Shown here: piece by piece, positions 13,196 through 27,344 of the stretch
How positions within the stretch are numbered: position 1 is the first letter of the stretch
Layout of the letters: every line of letters begins with the position of its first letter
Assembly: GCA_951406725.2 (NCBI GenBank)
Contig: OX597815.1
Location: 19,654,001 to 19,718,000 of the forward strand
Reading direction: 5' to 3'
DNA length: 64,000 bases
Source of the DNA: Octopus vulgaris
Taxonomy: Eukaryota
Notes under the pieces: generated by a model
Database searches by the model: none
Told to the model about the DNA's origin: nothing
Seen by the model: the letters and a program-made list of their open reading frames with translations, nothing else
Made by a program: the position numbers and the translations under genes

Positions 13196-15843
13196 CACGA
13201 GAGACTACTATCACATGGGTATGTTTGTGAGCGCACAGTCACATCTGTGCATGTATTCAAGTTTTTGTTGCCAAAATGAACGCACATTGCAATATACTTG
13301 TGAACTTGTTATGTGTCTTGGAAGTACGTCTCTAGGAAGTATATGTTCAAGTATTCGGTTGTGGAGAAACAACAATGTCGCAAATATTTTAAAGCGTGCC
13401 GGAATAGAGTTTCTTGGTACGTATATGCTATATTTAATGTATGTATCAATTCATAAGCTGTAAAGTGGACAATAATTATTAAGACATCAAACGGTAGTTT
13501 TTAAAATTTCCATTGCATAACAAAATATTTGATGAATGAAGGTATATCTATCAGACGTAATGATGGTGATGAAAAAACCGAATCATGAAATTCCAGATAA
13601 AAGATCCTAGTATTTAGTTCGAACTTTTAAGTACTTAGTTCCTATATCACGAAGGTTAAATTGGCCCTTTATCCATCTGGGATCCAATTGATAAGATAAA
13701 TATCATTTATAGAGGGGCTGATTCAAGTCATTTATATACCACCGTCTATAAGTTTCTGGCCTCGTGCTAGTAATTGAAATCAATGTTTTGTGTCGCCCAA
13801 TAATTCATATAGTCTCGCCAAACATGTTAGATTTAGTCAGTGTGTATCTAGTCTTTCATAACTGTTAATTCCTTGGGAAATCATTGATGTGTGAAGACTT
13901 GCTTTTCTAAAGTGAAATCTAAGCAGAAGAAAATGCCTTGGACTCAGTTTAACAATATTAATGGTGATATTCTTCCTAACTATCTCGGAAAGACAAGTAA
14001 ATATTTTCAGCTTGATAAACTATCTGCTTAATAAATATCCACTTTTACAGTAAGCATTTTAGCGCTAACACTGACGGGTACTAATCTATACCGGTGCCAT
14101 AAAGTTTATACTAACGTCTGCAGGAATGATCACATTTACATGATGTTTTATTTATTTAAGTATTATTTCTGTTCAATCTATTGATTTGGAAGCTATTGTA
14201 TAAACGATTACATGAGAGTAGATGTAGGACGAATTAATTTTCTTAGCTGGTGTGAGCGAATATGTTCGCCGTTATCTGGTTGCTCATATATTTCTAATTT
14301 ATGCGCCTCCATATTTTGACCGGCCAACTGAAACGTGTAGTCGAGAAATGAAATTGCAACATAAGACGTTGTATTGAAATTGCATTGTCCATATTGCAAT
14401 AATTCTATTCAAATTTCTGCGGCTGAAACATGGGGTTTCAATTCAATGAAATCTCACCACAGTGTCGCTTTCTTTGTATGTACACCATCAAGTAAAATAT
14501 ATTTGTGAAAACCCTTTCTTCCACAAGATCTCGTGATTTTTCGTTAATATTAATGAAATTTTTGTGCCTGGTGACATTTAATTAAAAAGTAATATTGACA
14601 CCATTTTACATAACATATATAAAATATTTAGAGGAAAATATATTGATGTATGTATAATATATCCATATATGTTCTTGTATGTTTATTGAGGCCTATGTAT
14701 ATTTAAGAAATACTAGCATATCTTTATACATCTATAACAGTAGCAAAGGGAAAGGCAGTACTCCAGCATGGTCGCAACTCACGAGCTGAAGCTGATATAT
14801 GTGTGTTGTGTGCCTGTGTGTTTGTGTGTGCGTGTGAGTGAGTGTGTGTATGTGTGAGTGAATGTGTATGTGTGGGGGTGGGCGAGTCCGTATGTATATG
14901 TATATATATATATACAAGCACTTATATATCTATATATATATATAAAGTTGCTTATTCTGTGTAATTCCAAAATGGTTTTGTAATTTGCCCTCATAATTTG
15001 CCCTGAATTGTCGCCCTTGTAGGAAGTGATGAAATATTTTTTCTCATCACAATTTTCATTCTCAGCCACCTTTATGCACAGTATTAATCTTTAGTTTCAG
15101 TGGAACTGAAATGCTGAAAGAAAAGATGATAGCGCCCCTGTTTCTTGTTGTTAAAGTCTTGTGTAGTGTGAACTAAATACCTCTCTTCAATTTGTAGTTA
15201 GTTGTACCGCACCGTTAAATGCGAACTATTTTGCTAATGACTAACGTTACAGCACAGTTTAAAATGATGCAAACTGCCGATGCCAACGATTGTTGCTTCG
15301 TAAGAATTGGTCATTTGCTACCTTTTCTGTTGCATCACGGATATAAACGGAACAAATTGAAATAGAAATCTCTGTAGATACGACTATAGTAAACCGTCAA
15401 ATTCTATCACGTAACCCAATAAATTATATGCAGATATCAATATCAACATGACATTGATTCATTTCATAACGATGTTGAAAAACTTCTTATTTTTAAACAC
15501 TGTACTTTTGCTGAAACACAATTTTCCAAGACCTTCAGATTCTGCAAACTGTTCTTAAAGTCAGATGTAGGGCAACGGGTACGTTTTGCCACTTCATCAT
15601 TAAACTATTATATGAACCACTATAGTTTTAGTCAGAAGAAGGTTTATGTTCTTCATGGCCATCACAGGACTTATCAGTGATTAGAGAGATTAAAATGGTT
15701 AATGAGCAGTTTAGACAACCACAAGCTCTTTATTGCAGTAAAATACAGAAAGGAAAAACTATTAAAGTGTACTTTAGAATTCACCTACTTTTACGAATTA
15801 AAATGTTATTATTCCCGTCTTGTTCGTGCATTGAAATACTGGA

Positions 15844-15881
<38 letters not shown>

Positions 15882-16398
15882 ATCTATATTCGGGCATCTA
15901 TATTTGTCATCTGGACAATAGTGTAACAATGCTTTCCTAAATCATATAATAAAGTTAGAAGCATAGCTTACTGATTGGCATTCAGCTTGCGTCTAAACGT
16001 CATCTCGTAGGTGTCATTTAACATCGCTTAATAGCATATTTGACGCCAGTCAGTCGTTGCAGGACTAGCCATCGCAGTGGTCGTTTGATTACGGCATTAT
16101 TGATATACATGAAGTACTTGCATAATTTTAGAGATGTTAGAGAGCTTCGCTGTGGGGGAACTTAAGAATGAAAACACATTTTTCTATGGTATTCATTGTG
16201 TGAAAACTCAGGCACGGGACGACTTCTCCGAGAAGACGTACTCGGCGTCCTTCCCTTATCTTGATATATACGAGTCTCAAAGCAAATGAGCACGTGCAGG
16301 TGTTTGTGTGTGCATGTTCTCCTGGCGACTGTTGTGGAGTAAAACTACAGTTGCGAAAATACAACACCACTTGAATACATCATATATACGGTAACATG

Positions 16399-16431
<33 letters not shown>

Positions 16432-16634
16432 GTTAATCCCAAAATGAAAACACAAAGAGAAAATGCAACAACGCGAGGACGTGAAACAAGTATAGTGTTA
16501 TTGGACGGCGAGGAAAGGAAGGAAAGAAGGAGGGTTTAACGTTTCGAGCGGAGCTCTTCGTCAGAAACATAGGAAAAGGAAAAGTCCAAGGAAGGGAAGA
16601 CGGAGGAAAAGAAATCACCAACGATCACACACGG

Positions 16635-16636
<2 letters not shown>
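16432..16636 (-). mobile_element. About 205-bp TA-embedded element carrying a minimal hammerhead (solo Penelope-type pLTR or retrozyme-like)
   Basis: (TA)n on both sides and a hammerhead at 16534-16568. The 3' motif CACGTCCTCGCGTTGTT recurs with one substitution at about 17608. Confidence 0.75.
16534..16568 (-). ncRNA. Minimal type-I hammerhead ribozyme motif
   Basis: GUUU-CUGACGA-A-GAGC[UCC]GCUC-GAAA-CG-UU-AAAC. Helix I 4 bp, helix II 4 bp, palindromic AACGUU helix III, predicted cleavage after GUU. Confidence 0.78.
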
Positions 16637-16675
<39 letters not shown>

Positions 16676-17413
16676 GAGAGAGAGACAGACAGACAGATTG
16701 ACAGACCGAAGATAGACAGACACATAGACGGATACATACATACATACATACATACATACATACATACATACATACATACATACATACATACATTCATACA
16801 TGCATGCATACATACATAGATCAATGTGCCCGTGCTTAAATACAAATCTGAGATAATAACCGACGTGCAAGAGAGACAAGGGGGCTTTTTTGTCAGTGAT
16901 TAGGCCGTGGTGAAAGTACAGCGAATATTCTTGATAATTCGTACCATAGAATACTATGAAACAAATGAAATGATATACCTGCTTTTAAATACTTACGATG
17001 ATTCTTCCATGATATAATTACTACATACACTTATACGTGTGTGGAGCCATATGGTAGGGTGTAAATTTGAATTACCTCGTTATTGATTTGACCAATACAA
17101 GACAACGCATTGAAGAAGGTGTAAGTATATCCTGAACTCTGAATATAAATCAACCAAAGTCACAACATTTTGTTCGTAGTAAAGTTATTTACACCATAAT
17201 TAACACAAGTAGATTTAATGAGATTGGGGATATATTCTTCTTATGCGAATGAATTATTGACAGTTGTATCTGATTCAACAGTTGTGCCTGAGATTACTAT
17301 TGTTAACGTGCCAAATAATAGCTACAAGCGGTCAAAATTTCAGGTTATTTGATATAACTGTATATGTATATATATATATATGTGTGTGTGTATGTGTGTG
17401 TGTGTGTGTGTGC

Positions 17414-17454
<41 letters not shown>

Positions 17455-17542
17455 CATATATATATGTACTATATATGTATTATGTATATACGTACATATA
17501 AATATATACATACACACACTCACATATATAAAAATATATATG

Positions 17543-17597
<55 letters not shown>

Positions 17598-17799
17598 TTT
17601 GCATTACCACGTCCTTGCGTTGTTATTCTTTCCTTGTGTCATTTTCTTCGTTTTTTGTTTTGTTTTGTTTTGTGGTGGGGCATTCATTACATATCTATAA
17701 GACCGGCACATTTATTTGGCAAATATGCTTTACGATTCCGTACTGTTACTGTTTAACTCTCGCTCAGAGATTTTACATATATATATATATATATATATA

Positions 17800-18124
17800 A
17801 TAAAATATTAGGGAATAAATCCAAACTTACAGGGAAAAATCAGATTTAGGATTGAATCCAATTATATAGTAAAATATTATATTATATTAAATTAGAGATA
17901 AAACCACTATTAGGCAAATCATACAATGAAAAACTTAAGCCAATACATAAGATTAATTAATTTATATTATTTTAAATATATATCAAAATTATTCTAATTA
18001 TACTAATTTTCTTTTTTTAATAATTTTGATATATATTTAAAATAATATAAATTAATTTATCTTATGTATTGGCTTAAGTTTTTCATTGTATGATTTGCCT
18101 AATAGTGGTTTTATCTCTAATTTG

Positions 18125-18134
<10 letters not shown>
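17800..18134. mobile_element. Asymmetric foldback element in (TA)n, probable Penelope-like terminus
   Basis: Arms 17878-17993/18019-18134 (about 115 bp, about 2 mismatches, 25-nt spacer) plus an unpaired left extension CCAAACTTACAGGGAAAAATC. Confidence 0.7.
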
Positions 18135-18180
<46 letters not shown>

Positions 18181-18574
18181 CCGTGATTATGTCAATCGCT
18201 TCTCTGGTTTAAACTATGCTCACACACACTAGTGAATAGTTATAAATATCGATTTCAAACAAAGACAGAAACAAAAAAGACAAAGGACGATTATAATCAA
18301 AGAATTGACCTAGTAATTCACTATTACACAGAATTTCGACTATGCAGTAAGGATTCCAAACATCGAAACAAAGATTTTTTCTTTTTTCCTCTAGGACGTA
18401 TATAGTCGATCAAATCGATCGAAATACTTATTTCAGTGTAGTAGATGTTTTATCGATCACTAATTATCGAAAAGCTAATTTACGATTTTGACTTAAAAGT
18501 GCACCAATAAACACAATGGCATACACACAAACTTCTAGTCAAAGAGACAGCGAGACACACAGTAAGATGGATAG

Positions 18575-18707
<133 letters not shown>

Positions 18708-18794
18708 TATTTTACAGTTCTATATTTAAGAGATAAAGAATTATGTACGTTATTTACAATTGACGAATATTTGTCCTCATCTTTTTTTGTTATT

Positions 18795-18840
18795 AACACA
18801 ACGTTTCCGCTGATATACCCTCCAGCCTTCATCAGGTGTC
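18795..18840 (-). ncRNA. Minimal hammerhead motif (inverted arm)
   Basis: GACAC-CUGAUGA-A-GGCUG[GAGGGUAUAU]CAGCG-GAAA-CG-UU-GUGUU. Core intact, helix II closing pair mutated. Confidence 0.7.
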
Positions 18841-18953
18841 TTGGGGAAATTTCGAATCTGGGTTCTCATTCCATATGCCCACGGGCATATGGCGTAGTAG
18901 TAAATAGCGCAGGTTACTAACCCCAATATTTCGAGTTCGATTCCAGGCACTAA

Positions 18954-19027
<74 letters not shown>

Positions 19028-19079
19028 GTAACATCGAAAATACGTTAGGAATGAGAACCCAGGTTCGAAATTTCCCCAA

Positions 19080-19125
19080 GACACCTGATGAAGGCTGGAG
19101 GGTATATCAGCCAAAACGTTGTGTT
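19080..19125 (+). ncRNA. Minimal hammerhead motif (direct arm)
   Basis: GACAC-CUGAUGA-A-GGCUG[GAGGGUAUAU]CAGCC-AAAA-CG-UU-GUGUU. Helix II perfect, but GAAA is AAAA, so this copy is probably inactive. Confidence 0.65.
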
Positions 19126-19478
19126 AACAAGATGAGGACAAATATCCGTCAATTGTAAATAATGTAAATAATGTAGATTATTTTAATATCCTTGTAATTA
19201 CATATTATTTAATTGAATTTTTATTTTAGTAAATGAAAGATAGAGTAAATATTTCGAAAACGCTTATATTTAACCTGTACATACAACAGAATAATTGTTG
19301 TTTGATTTATTGGAATTTCAGTAATTTTGGTTACTAATATCTAAATAAACTTCGATTCGAAATAATTAACAAAATTCTTAAATTTTATCTCTCCTACTGC
19401 TGCATAAACAGTCGAAACTGCATAGTTTCATCATGATATTTCCTAAAGAAATTTAAGGGCTGACTTGTGTATTTTCTT

Positions 19479-19850
19479 CCACATGGTTCCGGGTTCAGTC
19501 CCACTGCGTGGCATCTTGGGCAAGTGTCTTCTGCTATAGCTCCGGGCCGACCAATGCCTTGTGAGTGGATTTGGTAGACGGAAACTGAAAGAAGCCTGTC
19601 GTATATATGTATATATATATGTGTGTGTATATGTGTTTGTGTGTCTGTGTTTGTTCTCCTAGCATTGCTTGACAACCGATGCTGGTGTGTTTACGTCCCC
19701 GTCACTTAGTGGTTCGGCAAAAGAGACCGATAGAATAAGTACTGGGCTTACAAAGAATAAGTCCCGGGGTCGATTTGCTCGACTAAAGGCGGTGCTCCAG
19801 CATGGCCGCAGTCAAATGACTGAAACAAGTAAAAGAGAGAAAAGAGAAAG
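19479..19850 (+). mobile_element. SINE family A, 5'-truncated
   Basis: Matches the 567-980 copy from CCACATGGTTCCGGG to the AAAAGAG tail. Confidence 0.92.
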
Positions 19851-20014
19851 AAAATTTCACAAATTATTCTCTATAGTTTCCAAATTTAAATGACTAAGGT
19901 TTTTTAGTTAGTATTTTCAATCGTCTGAAATAATAATGCCAAGTTTATTACGTCTTTTAATCAGGCAATTATAATTAGGTCGAATAATTATAGTGGAGAA
20001 GTAATAAAAAAGTT

Positions 20015-20436
20015 GGATCTTTTCGGTTTCAACGGCAGTTTTTAACATAATTTCTAGGTAACTAAAAAATTTTAAACTTCGTATACTGGTAGAATGTGTT
20101 TATAAAATATCTTTTTCTCTTGGCTTTATTGAGAAAATTCTATAATTTGTAAGATATTTGTTGTTCTTTTTATTCAATTCCTACAATTTCAACCAATCAA
20201 TGACGTCTATTGCGCTAAAAAACATTCTGTGCTGTATGAATATGTCCCTCGTTTAAGAAACAGATTGGGTTTATTTACATTTGTGAAGAAAAAAAGATAC
20301 CGTTCCCCCACCCCTAACCCTAACCCTAACCCTAAAACAGATTGAAATGCAATAGATCGATACTACGGTCATAATTATGGGTGACAATTTCTTATGACAC
20401 CGCTAGAAAAAACTGCAGTTCAAACCGAAAAGATCC
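20015..20436. mobile_element. MITE with about 29-bp TIRs, 8-bp TSD and internal (CCCTAA)4
   Basis: TIRs GGATCTTTTCGGTTTCAACGGCAGTTTTT / AAAAACTGCAGTTCAAACCGAAAAGATCC. TSD AAAAAGTT at 20007-20014 and 20437-20444. Confidence 0.9.
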
Positions 20437-21950
20437 AAAAAGTTTCGTGTATTTAATATTTTCAAAGATATGAATGCTGTGGAATTAACTTCATTTGAAA
20501 ATTGGAATCGACTTGTGAAGAAATCGTTTAAAGCATATCCTTATGACGATTGGTATCTTTTAACTCTATAAGATACTGGTATTTTACAATATCTTTCAGA
20601 TTACTATTTCGAGAGATAACGCCCATATTCAGTTTGTGGAGACTATAATCCATACAAATACATATCTGTTTAAATTAAGATTCTCAATACACATCTTATA
20701 GACGAGTAGAATTTCACTGTTCATTAGTATTGCAAAAATAGCATTTTCGCTGTCATTTAAACGCCAACGAGATTTCCGAGTTAGCAACCTGAAAAATCTC
20801 TCGTAGGTAGGTATTTTACAGTCTTTTTTTAATACTTTTACACACAAATTTCTATTTCCCACATTTTTTCTCTTATCTGAAGTATTATAAATGCTCTTGG
20901 TTAATTTATAAGAATGAACACAAATTAAGTATCTCTGACGTAAAGGTTGAAATTTGAATAATAAAAGATATGTTCAAATTAGTATTTCGTATGGCTTACC
21001 GAGAACCATGTGGGAGTATTTCAGTTGGGGTTTTCCTTCTGCAGTATTAAGTCTTTCATACAAGCCGTACAAGTATAAATTTTTACGTCATTTTCCGCTA
21101 TTGACTCTTGAATAGATACTGCCAAGAATAATTGAATTGTAAAACTTATGGACAGCAAGTCTGCAAAAATAAAATATATGCAGATACATACTAGCAGCAT
21201 GTATCGATATGATTGAATTGTAAATTATATTTTATTTCTTGAGTCAAGGACGATTTTACAATATCCAATTTGATGTAGAGAATGTTCATTATTTAACGTT
21301 TTTGCACCTCATTATGGACATGTATTAAGCGTACAACTCAATAATTTTCTGTTGAAATGTCGTGACATATCACCAGTATTCAATTAGAATAAATTAAGAT
21401 AGTTCCGTGGAAAGACTTAATAAAATATGTAGATTAACTGATAGAGTGATCGATTCTTTTTAATAGTCAGCCCCGAAGCCTTTGTTAGAATGTTTGTGAT
21501 TATTTCATTGTTTTATATACTTTTCTTTAATTTTAAAATCTGCCTTTGAATCGAGGAACAACAATCCCTGTTTTGAAACAGTGTACATAAACAGTGAAAA
21601 TTATTGATTTTTACAGAGAAACATCAGATAGTCTGAAAATGACAAACTCGTCCTATCAATGTGTCTTCTTTGCTGGAAACGACATATGTGCGTGTGTGTG
21701 TGTGTGTGCGTGTGTGTGTGTGTGTGTTTGTGTGTGTGTGTTCACGTATGTCTGCGAGTTCGCGTGTGGGTGCCTATGTTTAAATCCGCGTCGAAAGAAG
21801 TTCCATTTAAATGTATATCTGATCATTATCAGTCGCTTTCAATTAAGACCTCATATCCAAGAATCCGCCATCGATTTGATTCATTGAAGTTGTATACATA
21901 CATGTAGATAAATGCATACACACACACACACTCACACACATATATATATT

Positions 21951-21992
<42 letters not shown>

Positions 21993-22084
21993 TATATATA
22001 TATATACATACATACATATGTGTGTGTGTGTAGGTATATATATATATATATATATATACAGAGAGAGAGGGGAAGAGAGAACGA

Positions 22085-22116
<32 letters not shown>

Positions 22117-22764
22117 GGGAGGGAGTGACAAACAGAAAAATGTGTGCGTATGTGTCTGCGTGTATGTATCCATGTGTGTGTGTGTATGAATGCATATACA
22201 CGCATTCACACGCATACAACTTTTGCGTATATCTACATAGGTATTAATGAGGTTTTGGTTGCTTTTCATGTCATTTCTTAAGTTTTTTGTTCCTTTTATT
22301 TATGGGAATATGTAGGAAAATCAAAGTGTTAACAATAACCATTTTTTTTTTCTAAATGGATATTTATCTTATGAATAACAAAACTACTCTTTTCCGTACA
22401 GCATATTATGTCTTTTGATGTTAGTTCGTATTTGTCAAGTTGTCTCTTTTATACTAGCAATATAATTAGAACTTTCTTTTTTTAATTGACAACAAAAACT
22501 ATTTTTTTCGCTGCTGTTAGTTATCCTATACTACCTCTGATATCATACGACATAATCACGTGACAGTGACACAAATAAACGTCAAGAAGAAATACAACTA
22601 ACTATATATTATCATGTAACTGGTGCGGGTATTAGAAATAAACATTGTGTATCTCATTCTATATAAATATATGTGTGTATGTGTGTGTGTTTGTGTCAGT
22701 AGGTGAGTGACTGTGTATATGTATATATGTGTGTGTGTGTGTGTGTAGTAGCTACCGATCTATC

Positions 22765-22827
<63 letters not shown>

Positions 22828-23975
22828 TGTATATATTCACACATAAGTATCTACATATGCACACACACACAAGACTTAGTTTGAAGATCTGCAATTAGCT
22901 ACTGAAAAAGATGTATATATATATTTTATTATAAAATAATGAATTCCTTATTTTGATATTGATATTAACATATATGTTAATGAGTGGGTTCGCTATGTGT
23001 ATTGAAACAACTGTAACTAGAGAATTAAAGATAATACCTTAAGTTACAATCTTTGATTTAATACATGCATAAATATCTTGATAATACTCTAGGGATATTT
23101 TCGTGTAACTGAAATATCTCAGAAATAGTATATTTTATCTTAATTCTTTTTACATATTTTCATACTTACCTTCGGCAGTGCAGTACAAATTTTTGTGACA
23201 TTTGAACCTCTATTTAAACGATTAAACACAATTCTTGTGAATTCTTAATGAAAAAAATACATGGCTTCCATCATGACGTCAACATATACAAGAATACACA
23301 CATATAATATGAATGTCGTGGCGTATAAATCAATACAAATACACGTTCGTTATGTGTGACGTATACACACAACGTTTTCGCGCTCACTAACTAAAAAGAA
23401 AAACGCTGACTTTTTGACGTACACAATATATTAATCATTTAGAAATACTTAAAATTCTTATTTATTTACTTTTGTTTTAAAGTGAAAGGGAGAAGAAAGT
23501 GAAAGGTGTATGTACGTATATACGTATATATGAAATGGATGAGAGAGGAAGAGAGACAGAGTGAATGAAGGGGGTGTGACATGTATACAATATTTCTTTT
23601 TTTTTTATTATATGTATATAATATTTCTTTTTTTTTTATCAATGGCTGTGTGCGACTTTGAAAACTATATGTTTGAACGGTGAATTCGGCAAAGCTATCT
23701 AGCCAAGCAGCAACTCTGTATTGATAAAGGGCAATAACCCAGAAACTAGAACACAGATGTTGCCTTGTGCTGGATGGGGTTGCTGGGCTCCCTGTTCGAA
23801 AATACAAGGACACAGATAGTGTGTAGTATAGCCAGCTAGAAACGATGTTTCTTGGGACTAAAACAACCGTAATATCGTCCCTTTCGGGACAGCCACATTA
23901 TGTTGGCAAATAGCATTTACTCTGGATAACTGTTATTGAATGTCTATCTTTGAGAGATTTAGAAATAATACACAC

Positions 23976-24024
<49 letters not shown>

Positions 24025-24288
24025 TATGTATGTATGCATGTATGTACGTATGTATGTTTATGTACACATATATATATATATATATATATATTTCAGTTGA
24101 AGCTTATAAATCATTCAAAATTATGGATCTCTGTGTGTGAAGAAAATGAGAGGACAACCCTAAACCTTTTCCTTCCCACCAAACAACTTGAAGGTACATC
24201 CCTAAAAAAATTCGCACATTATGTGAGTGGATGTGTGTGTGGGGACTCCTTACCATATGTATATATATATATATATCATATCGATATA

Positions 24289-24594
<306 letters not shown>

Positions 24595-27344
24595 ATGTAG
24601 CCCCGATCATCCAGTTCACAATCTCTGTTCATTGGTTTATCTGAGTTTGAACTATCGTTGAACCGTCAATTGTTCTCTCATTTTTACAGATGGCGCTGAT
24701 TTCTGTTTTCCTATCGATAACAAATCTGTGCATTTACTTCAGTTGTCTCTCTTAACTTCAAATGGCTATATGCAATTCAATAATTCTTCTGCTTATTGTT
24801 CACTCGTCTATGTATGGGTAACTCCAATGCTATTATTACGGTCGTTTGTCTTAGCTCGAATGCAGAAAGTATTTTTCGCTTGTTATTGTTTTTGCTGCTT
24901 TTCTTTCGTTTTGTTTGTGTTGTTATTGTTTTTTTTGGGTTTTTTTTTTTTGCTGTTGTTTAATTTAATATACTAGTTATGGTTCGGTTATCATCCATTA
25001 GCGAATTCATTAATCGCTTGTTCAGTATGTTTTCCGTGGTTAAATAAGATGTCTATGGTTCAATAATAATTATCTGTCTTTGTTGATGTTGTTCAGTGAT
25101 GTGTTTATAACCAGGACAGCTGTATTCAGTTTGAATGTCGAGATATGTCTGCCCATGTGCAGAAGACAATTATTATTACACTGTTTAAAGGAAGCAAGCC
25201 AACTCTCTTATCTATAAGAACAACATAATTCAGTTGCAGCTGAGAAGTTAATTACAAAATACATATATATTTGTATTTTAACGCTTATTTATTTTTATTT
25301 CATGGCTAGTAAATACATAGTATCATACCGTAGATCGTCGAAAATTTCCCAAATGCAGCAGATCTCAATTTTATAGTTGTGTGTATGTGGAATAAGTAGT
25401 AGAATTCGGGTTTCATTATTCATACCAAATCTCTGAAACATTGACAGTAGATAAGAACAGTAAAGGGAATAATCCCTCCATAGGTTTTGTGAATGTTCTT
25501 TCTTCTTCAGTGAATATTTGGTAACAAAGAAAGTAAAACCAACTTTGCTTCTGGAAACACTTCCACACGTTCATATATCATCGCCAGAAAATGTGTAACA
25601 CTCTCAAGAAGTTCAATGCTCACGGGTAAATTGTCACCCTAATTATAGTTGTTATTATAACGATAGGCTCTACGATAATTATACATCGTAATAAAGCTAG
25701 ACGAATACTGGTTTTTCTTCGTTTCTTTATGGATCTCTCAGAGCATGAAATGTAGTGCCGATGATCTTTTTCAGAGCTCTGAGACCGATGAGACAAAAGC
25801 AACACGTTATCCACCGAGCGGATACGTTGCTCAAATACTTGCAACGTAACTAACACCGCTACGTCATGTACGGGATATGTATTGGAGTTTAACTGGGCCA
25901 TACTTTCAGTACCTTGTTTGTCTGGAAATAGAATATCTTGTTTAAATCGGCATTGCCCCAGTCATCTTTTATTAAAACCAGGCTCCTGAACAGCAAAGCC
26001 GACCCTGACTGGATTTGAATTCAGAACGTACAAGAAAGGCATGCAATTATAATAATGAATTTAGATTGACTCTACCGTTTTTGCATTTCCATTGCTCTAA
26101 TTAAAGAACCATGTTATTAATTCCAATTCTTTAAGGTCATCTTGTCACCCACAAAATCTTACATAATAGCACAATGAAACTTAGGGTTAATTAACAACAC
26201 ACTATAACCACAATCTCGAGCAAACTGTATGTCTTCTACCCGTTTCTACGATAGACACTGCAATGGCCTGTGCTTTTCTGAATAGGTTAGCTTCGTTTAC
26301 GTCAACTCGTAACATGTCCTTTCTCCTCTTATCAACCCTAAATTGCCCCTACTCCCCAAACGCCTTTCCTAATTCGTCCACCCATCATTAACTTCCCAAA
26401 TCTGATTTTATGCAAAATGTTTCAGTCCATTTCTAACCTTTACATTATCGCTAAAACTTCAATTGTTCGCATATAGCTGTAAAAATCACATTTTCCTTTC
26501 CCATTAAGCAAGAAAATATTTGTCATATTCAAATTTTAGAAACACAAGTGTTTTTACCAACTCATCGTAACTGAGTCACACGGACCTATGATAGTTACGT
26601 TATTTTATTTATTTAATTTTTTTTCATTTTATTTCATTTATAGTTTTTTTCTTTAAAAACTAGTCGCAATGTGTATGATTTCAAATATAAAACTTGTACA
26701 GCAAACAATTTACACAAGTTTATTTGTGTGTGTGTGTGTATTTGTTTGTCTCTCTGTCTATCTGAGTGTGTATGAACGTATCTATATTTAACCCTCACCA
26801 ACTACATGCATATAAGGAGAGAAGGTTGACTTTGCCCAAAGCAATAAATTTCTTTGCCGAATATTATATCCCATAATGACTAATTTTAGCAGGCAGTATT
26901 CACGTGTTTGTCTCCTTTCATTATGTCATCAATAACTGCAATGACTCAATTCATGAGATGGTTCTTTGTAGTTGACACATATATAGCTATCGACCAAGAA
27001 ATAACAGAAAGACAACCACCATCATTTTGGGGATTATACTATTTAAAGTAAACATTATATTCTAACAAAGTGGAGTTTGCTGGGTATTTTTTTATTGCTA
27101 ACTTGTTTCACTTTTTCAGAAAATCGTTTATAAACGAAGTTGGTCTTATTCATCGTCTATTTTACGCCTTACTATGTTACAAGTTTATATATAAGTGAAT
27201 GGAATTTACGTGTATATTTACACATATACACTTACCCTCTCTCCCTCACTCTTTTCTCTCTTTCTCCCTGTCTATCTCAGGCACACTCACATAAGAAAAT
27301 ACACATAGATTGATATGGGTATATATATATATATATATATATAT

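Larger units (their letters stand above)
18715..19173 (+). mobile_element. Composite element: inverted hammerhead tail + tRNA-like head + (AAT)n + hammerhead tail
   Basis: 12-bp TSD TAGATTATTTTA (18703-18714, 19174-19185). Inverted arms 18746-18872/19048-19166. A-box TGGCGTAGTAG 18890-18900, B-box GTTCGATTCC 18935-18944, (AAT)n 18958-19026. Confidence 0.85.

Noticed and set aside
18883-18957. Possible tRNA gene
   Set aside because: A and B boxes are present but no complete acceptor stem is evident and it lies inside a TSD-flanked element, so it is treated as a SINE head.
24670-27200. Isolated plus-strand acceptors (TTTTTACAG at about 24689; TGCTAAC...TTTTTCAG at 27119)
   Set aside because: No convincing downstream donor or coding frame. 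Such sites arise by chance in AT-rich DNA.
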